From positions 620,001 to 684,000 of the forward strand of contig NIVC01000040.1 of NCBI GenBank assembly GCA_002269645.1: 64,000 bases of DNA. Direction: 5' to 3'. This DNA comes from Macrostomum lignano. Taxonomy: Eukaryota. The notes under the pieces are model-generated. The model did not search any database and was not told where the DNA came from. It saw only the letters and a list, made by a program, of their open reading frames with translations. The position numbers and the translations under genes are program-made. Below, piece by piece: positions 49,122-64,000 of this stretch (position 1 is its first letter; each line of letters opens with the position of its first letter).

Positions 49122-49214
49122 ATGAAGAGCATTAGAGCGGCAGAGAGAAACTGAGAATTTTTTGCAAGCAACAGTCTGTACAGTTGCAGAGTCACGCGAG
49201 GCGCGCGGCAAAGT

Positions 49215-49745
49215 TTACACTGCAAAATCTGTGCTGCGGCTACTCATGCGAAATCTACCGATGACCCAATCCGGATCGACTGTAAAACGTTGGAATGGAT
49301 GTGCAGCAGCAATGTCGCTGCCTTTCAAATATAGCTTCAGAAACGGATATTCAGGTGTTTCGCTGTGAATATGGCTGCCCACCTCGGCCTCGTGCAACAC
49401 ATCGTGGAGCACACAACTCAACGCCTGCTGTAGCCGATGCTTTACATGCAAACAACCATCACACTTTTGAAGGACTGCTTGGCCTCCTTCTGACGCTTCT
49501 GCAATGCGTTGCAAACGCTTTCCCGAATGGTGTTGTCCGCATCCACATACCGCGCAGCGACTGCCATCTGTTCCTTCTTCGAGATGTCGCAGGTCTCGTC
49601 CACTAGCACAGAGAAATCATTTTCTGCATTCACCTTAAATTAGCTTCAAGAGTTTCCTGAAGCTTCCAGCAGCCAGCAGCCAGCAGCTTCAATGAGGTCA
49701 TTTTGAGTTGTTTTGCTAATGTACGTCGCATTGGAAGCTGTGGCG
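49215..49745 (-). mobile_element. Internally deleted hAT transposase remnant (ZMYM/DUF4371-like)
   Basis: SNATYISKTTQNDLI, FSVLVDETCDISKKEQMAVAARYVD, and a C-terminal VDPDWVIGRF..SSRSTDF. hAT-like end motifs (AAATCCGCCCCTG, AAATCCGCCTGTG) lie at about 50000 and 50130. Confidence 0.8.
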
Positions 49746-51552
49746 CCAGCGGTCGCAGCAGGGGCGCCAGCGGTTCCAGCAGGCGCGTCATCACCAGATG
49801 CGAGGACGCCAGTACCAGCAGCAGAGGCAACAGAAGCAGTGGTGGGGCGGGGGTCGCGCAGGTGTCAGACTTTGGGGACCCATGGTTAAATCCTTTCCTT
49901 AAGGTCAGTGTGGGGTGGGCGTCAGTGGGCGGCGCCATAAACGGCCATGACGAAAATTTTGGAAGGGGGCGGCCGATCCCCCTCCCCTCCCCCTAAATCC
50001 GCCCCTGCTTCATACTATAAGCTCGGATCCTCATCAATAAGGGCCTCGCCGCCCTCAGTTTGCTTAGTAAGGCGCCCCTCTAGTGTATATTATGGCGGGT
50101 GTATTATCGCGCCCCCACTCTTATGGTTAAAATCCGCCTGTGCCATTGATAACGGAAAATATTTATTATTTGGTTAGCAGTTTTATCGTGAATGGGTTCT
50201 TTCTTGTCAACTGTAGCTATATAGCTAGCAAAATCTATAAATTTTCAAAAGCTAAATCAAATCAGTGAGCAGACTCAACGAATGAATCGCGATGGCATGA
50301 ATAGCTACATTGAACAATATCTGTCATTTTGTTGCAAGAAAGGGGAGTGAGTGACAAAAGGTTTTTAAGAAAATTATCGAACACGCGATGTCGCATGCAG
50401 TTGTTTCGAGCTAAATCAATTGTCATCTTCGAATTGTTGGTTGCATTTAACCAGGGGATCTACACATATGATGTCAGCTAGCTACAAACGAATAAATGTT
50501 TTATCTGTCACCGAACTATAATAGATAAATAGTTATCAGTTCATATGGATCCAGTCGATTTTGATTTCGATCTTAAGCTTCGAGCTTAAATCATATCATA
50601 TTTTATGGTCTTTTGAGCTAAAAAACAAGGTCTCTTCTCGTAGGTCTTTATAGAGCCATGTCTAATAGATGCATATATGGTCTGGAATGTATACGTGTTA
50701 GAATTGGGCAAATATTCGTGTTTACCAAAAAAAAATAATAAATAAATAGAAATATAGAATGAAATTTAAATATAGTATATGCGGATGAAAGAAGTAAATA
50801 AATAGGAAAAACCTGAAATTTTTTATGTCTCTAGCTAACTATACTATCTTCACGGCTTGTTTAAAACTCATCAATTTTTCGTTAGCGTATAATTAACCTC
50901 TTGCATTAAAATAATTGATACTACTAAATTAGCTATAGCAGTAAAAATTGTTCAGAAAAAAAGCAGAAAAATAGGAAAAAAGTACTGTTTTAAAATAAAA
51001 ATCACTTTTTCATCACCAACCCATTGATAGTTTTAAAATGATGCTTCTGACTCAATGCTGGTCAACTGACACGAGTATCACGAAATCTTTAAAAAATTCT
51101 TTTAAATGCAGCTTCTTCGCTTTCATAGTCAGTGAAGTTTCTGTAGCTAGTTATTGAAAACTGTTGTTAAATAGCCACTATATTTTGTTTGAATTTTCTT
51201 AAACCTTAAAAATTTTCAGTGCAATACGGCGACCATATATCGCTATCAACAAATTTTTGTAACTTCTGAATTTTACAGAACAAAGTTTGGATAACTTTTC
51301 TAGTCACAGCAATCAATATTAGGTCAGGGCTGCAGGCCTGTAGGTGCTACTGACGGAAACCAAAATCTTTAATTATTTTTACAGTTGCCATTGCTATAGA
51401 AAAATAATTTGTAGGAGCCCATTTTGTACTGTATGCCAATGAACAATAATAATTTTTGCGCAAAGTTGGTACATCTTTTGATCGATAAAGTAACTAAAAA
51501 TTATTTGAGAACGAGCTGAGTGTGACTGCATCCAAATGTTTGTCAGCCAATA

Positions 51553-52737
51553 ATGGCATCCCGACCGCATGCCTCTCAGATCGCTAATCAATCAATGCTC
51601 CGCAAACCAAGGCAATCCATGCTCCCCAGTGTCTGGAGCAGAGCAGCAAAGCGGTACACCATGTTCGCCTTCTGGTACAAGCACTTCACCAAGCTCCTTG
51701 GAGTCGTGTTCGCCGCGGGCCTGCTGGGCAACGCTGCAGTGCTCATTGCTGCGGTGACTCAGAAAACGGCGCACAAGGTGATCAACGTCTACCTGGCTAA
51801 CCTGGCTGTGGCCGACCTGCTCCATCTCGTCTCCATTGTGCCGCTCATCCGCCTAGCAACCGTGAACAGCTGGCTGTGGGGAACGGCCCTGTGCAAGATG
51901 AACTACATGATTCACTACATGTAGTAGTGGACCGCCAGCATCTTCATCATCACCGCTCTGGGATTCGATCGCTTCGTTGCCGTGGCGATGCCTGGGCGCT
52001 CCGGCAGCCTCCGCAACCGCCGGTTCGCCTGGGGCCTCACGCTGGGCCTGTGGATCCTGAGCGGCCTCCTCGTGAGCCCCATCGGGTTCCTCACCAGCGT
52101 CACAGCCAATGCGTGGCTGCTGAACGCCACGGACTTGAAGGTCCTCTACAGCTGCGGCCACTTTGCGCAGAAGCTCAACCGCTCCGACGCCTTCTTAGAC
52201 GTCCTTCAGAGCCTCGTGCAGGACCCGATGATCTTCTCGGCTTGCGCCTTCACCGTCGGGTTCGCCGTGCCACTCCTCCTGCTCGCGGTGTTCTACGGTA
52301 TGCTCATCAGGAAGCTGCTCAACCAGTCTCAGGCCACAACTGCTGGCGCCCAGGCCGCTCAGAGGCGCTTTGGCCGCGTGACCCTCATGGTGGCGGCTGT
52401 GATCCTGCTGTACACCGTCTGCACCCTGCCGCACTGGATCCACGTGGCGCTGAACTTGGCGGGGGTCATCAAATCGTACCGAGTCCTGTGGCTCACGTCG
52501 CACTGCTCAACTCTGCTGGGCTACCTGAACAGCGCCTGCAATCCCGTGCTGTACGCCTGGTACAACAAGCCGTTCCGCCAGGGCCTGAGCCGCTGCCTGC
52601 CGCAGCGCTGGTTTGACCGGCTGAATCGCAACGACAACCATCGGCAGGCGGACGACCGACCTCGCGGCAGAGCTCCTGGTCAGCAACAACATCTGGAGGT
52701 CGCTCTGATGAATATGGAAGCTGCTGCCGCTGTGTAA
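51553..52737 (+). pseudogene. Intronless class A peptide GPCR (allatostatin-C/somatostatin/opioid-receptor-like) interrupted by TAG-TAG at 51922-51927
   Basis: GLLGN, NVYLANLAVADLL, WLWGTALCK, DRFVAV, RVTLMV..LPHWIHVAL and LGYLNSACNPVLY. All seven TMs are in one frame; the only lesion is two stops in TM3. Confidence 0.85.
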
Positions 52738-52869
52738 AAAAAGCAGACTCACTTCAAACAAATAAAATAAAATTGAGAATAGGTCATGACACATTAATTT
52801 ATGAGAATTTCAGCTCTTTAAAATTGTTTTGTTTGCTTTAATGGCATTTTTAAGGAGTCTTTATCCATA

Positions 52870-53000
52870 GGGGATTGTAGCTTAGTGGTTTGAGCGTTGG
52901 ACTCACGACTTGAAGGTCGAAGGTTCGATTCCCGATCCCGCTGTAATAATTTGTGTCCTTGAGCAAGACACTTACTCTGCATTTCTTCAGTTCACCCAGG
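52870..53000 (+). mobile_element. tRNA-derived SINE (uninterrupted copy of the 28149 family)
   Basis: TAGCTTAGTGG...GGTTCGATTCCC...GTGTCCTTGAGCAAGACACTTACTCTGCATTTCTTCAGTTCACCCAG. Confidence 0.8.
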
Positions 53001-53689
53001 GTGTGTGTTGCGACCCCCCAGTCCTTGGACTGAACAGCCGTACGCAGCCTTCAGATGCGCCGCGCAATAGCTGCGGCTGAGCTTTCGGTTGCACATCTGG
53101 TCTAATTCGGACAGGTGCAATTAGTCATTTTTATTATTAAATTATTTATCCATCAAAGCTACTTATTTTAATCTGTGCCATAAGTACGAAGTAGTACACG
53201 CGAGCGAAAACACACAACGATGCGGTCCAACAATGCAAATTGAAGTGAGAATTACTAGCAGTAACCTGTGCTGCACTTGGGCCTCAGAACAAAATTTAAA
53301 ATAATCTCTGGTTAAAATCTAACAATAAATTAAAGCACTTAAATCTGACCTACGCTCTGCATATAACGACTAATAAAGTGTTATGAGAATCATTGACTTT
53401 TCATGCATCGAAAATGCTTGTACACACACAACGAAGCAATTATATTAATAAATCTGATCTGATTAATTATTTAAACATAAATTCATTAACTGAATGCCAC
53501 ACCGATTGGTTAAAAGCAAGCCAGACGAGCCGATAATCGGCTGAATTGGTGCACAAAAATGTAGACAGGATTCTTTTAACTTGATGAACTCTAAACACCT
53601 ACATGTACAGGATGGGACAACTGGTACCGCTCAATAAAACTAAATGACCAGAAAAAACAACTTTCAGACAATATGACAATTGGAATTAG

Positions 53690-54030
53690 TAACAATATAA
53701 ACCAATCAGAACCAATCATAAACCAATCAACAACAATCATAAACCAATCAACAACAATCATCAACCAATCAACAACAATCATGAACCAATCAACAACAAT
53801 CATCAACCAATCAACAACAATCATCAACCAATCAACAACAATCATAAACCAATTAACAACAATCATAAACCAATTAACAACAATCATAAACCAATCAACA
53901 ACAATCATAAACCAATCAACAACAATCATAAACCAATTAACAACAATCATAAACCAATCAACAACAATCATCAACCAATCAACAACAATCATCAACCAAT
54001 CAACAACAATCATAAACCAATCAACAACAG
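53690..54030. repeat. 21-bp minisatellite
   Basis: AACCAATCAACAACAATCAT(A/C), about 16 copies. Confidence 0.95.
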
Positions 54031-54139
54031 TCAGAACCAATAAACAAACTAACTTCAAGGGTAAACATTAAACGAACAGCCAATCAGCGACAAACAAGCA
54101 AGCAGGACCATTCGGAATCAACATCGAGGCTCAACAAAG

Positions 54140-63388
<9,249 letters not shown>

Positions 63389-63479
63389 CTGCAAATGTGA
63401 ATTTTTGTGATAGAAAATCAATCTTTTCGATGCCAAGTCTTGGTTTCAGAATTCATAGTATTCTTGCTTTAGTGCTCTT

Positions 63480-63805
63480 TGTCACAGCGGTCTTTGTAAT
63501 TGTGGTTTTTGTCGGCCGTCTTTGTTATAGTGATCTTTGTTTTAATTGTCTTTATTATAGTGGTCTTTTTCACAGTGGTATTTGCTGTAGTGTCTTTGTT
63601 GTAGTGGTCTTTGTCACAGTGGTGTTTGTTATAGTTGTCTTTGTTAGCAGTCTTTGTTATAGTGTCTGTTGTAGTGGTCTTTTTGTAGTGTGGTATTTTT
63701 GTAGTGTGGTCTTTGTTGTAGTTGTCTTTGTTATGGTTTTCTTTGTTATAGTGTCTTTGTTACAGTGCTTTTTGTTAGCAGTCTTTGTTATAGTGTCTTT
63801 GTTGA
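63480..63805. repeat. Degenerate GT-rich short-unit repeat
   Basis: GTCTTTGTTATAGT-like units. Confidence 0.75.
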
Positions 63806-64000
63806 ACTGCTTGTATTGATGAAGTTTTCTATTATTTTATTTTCATTTTTATCTTGAAAATATCTTTGCATCTTTGCAGTGTGTAGAGCAACATATTCAG
63901 CTACAGTGCGTCAAATTTAATGAAACGCAATCTTTATTAGCTGCAGATTTCATGAAACTCCTCTATTTATTATTTTACTGCCCAGGAAGGAAGCTCTCTT

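Noticed and set aside
52870-52945. Functional tRNA genes at 52870, 28149 or 15032
   Set aside because: A and B boxes are present but the acceptor and anticodon stems do not pair. At 28149 and 52870 a shared non-tRNA body follows, consistent with SINEs.

Overview
Gene-dense, repeat-rich animal genomic DNA with GT-AG introns. The gene style and the minisatellite-filled introns suggest a free-living flatworm such as Macrostomum, but that is inference only. On the + strand, 4.9-28 kb holds five co-oriented conserved genes: a ceramide synthase lacking the Hox domain, an ABHD12-like lipase, a GH29 alpha-L-fucosidase, ZSWIM7/SWS1 and UROS. Next comes a two-exon secreted prepropeptide (- strand) with a somatostatin/allatostatin-C-like Cys ring, then a deleted RTE-type LINE. 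After that is a tandem three-WSC-domain gene built from a repeated unit of a 12-nt microexon plus a WSC exon; one of its introns holds a full-length but frameshifted PIF/Harbinger transposon. The rest contains a Harbinger-type MITE, a hAT fragment, an allatostatin-C/somatostatin-receptor-like GPCR interrupted by TAG-TAG, and the 3' part of an insulin-receptor-like RTK (- strand) with an atypical non-RD kinase. Most larger introns carry their own micro- or minisatellite. All exon models were spliced by hand and need RNA-seq confirmation; repeat boundaries are approximate.
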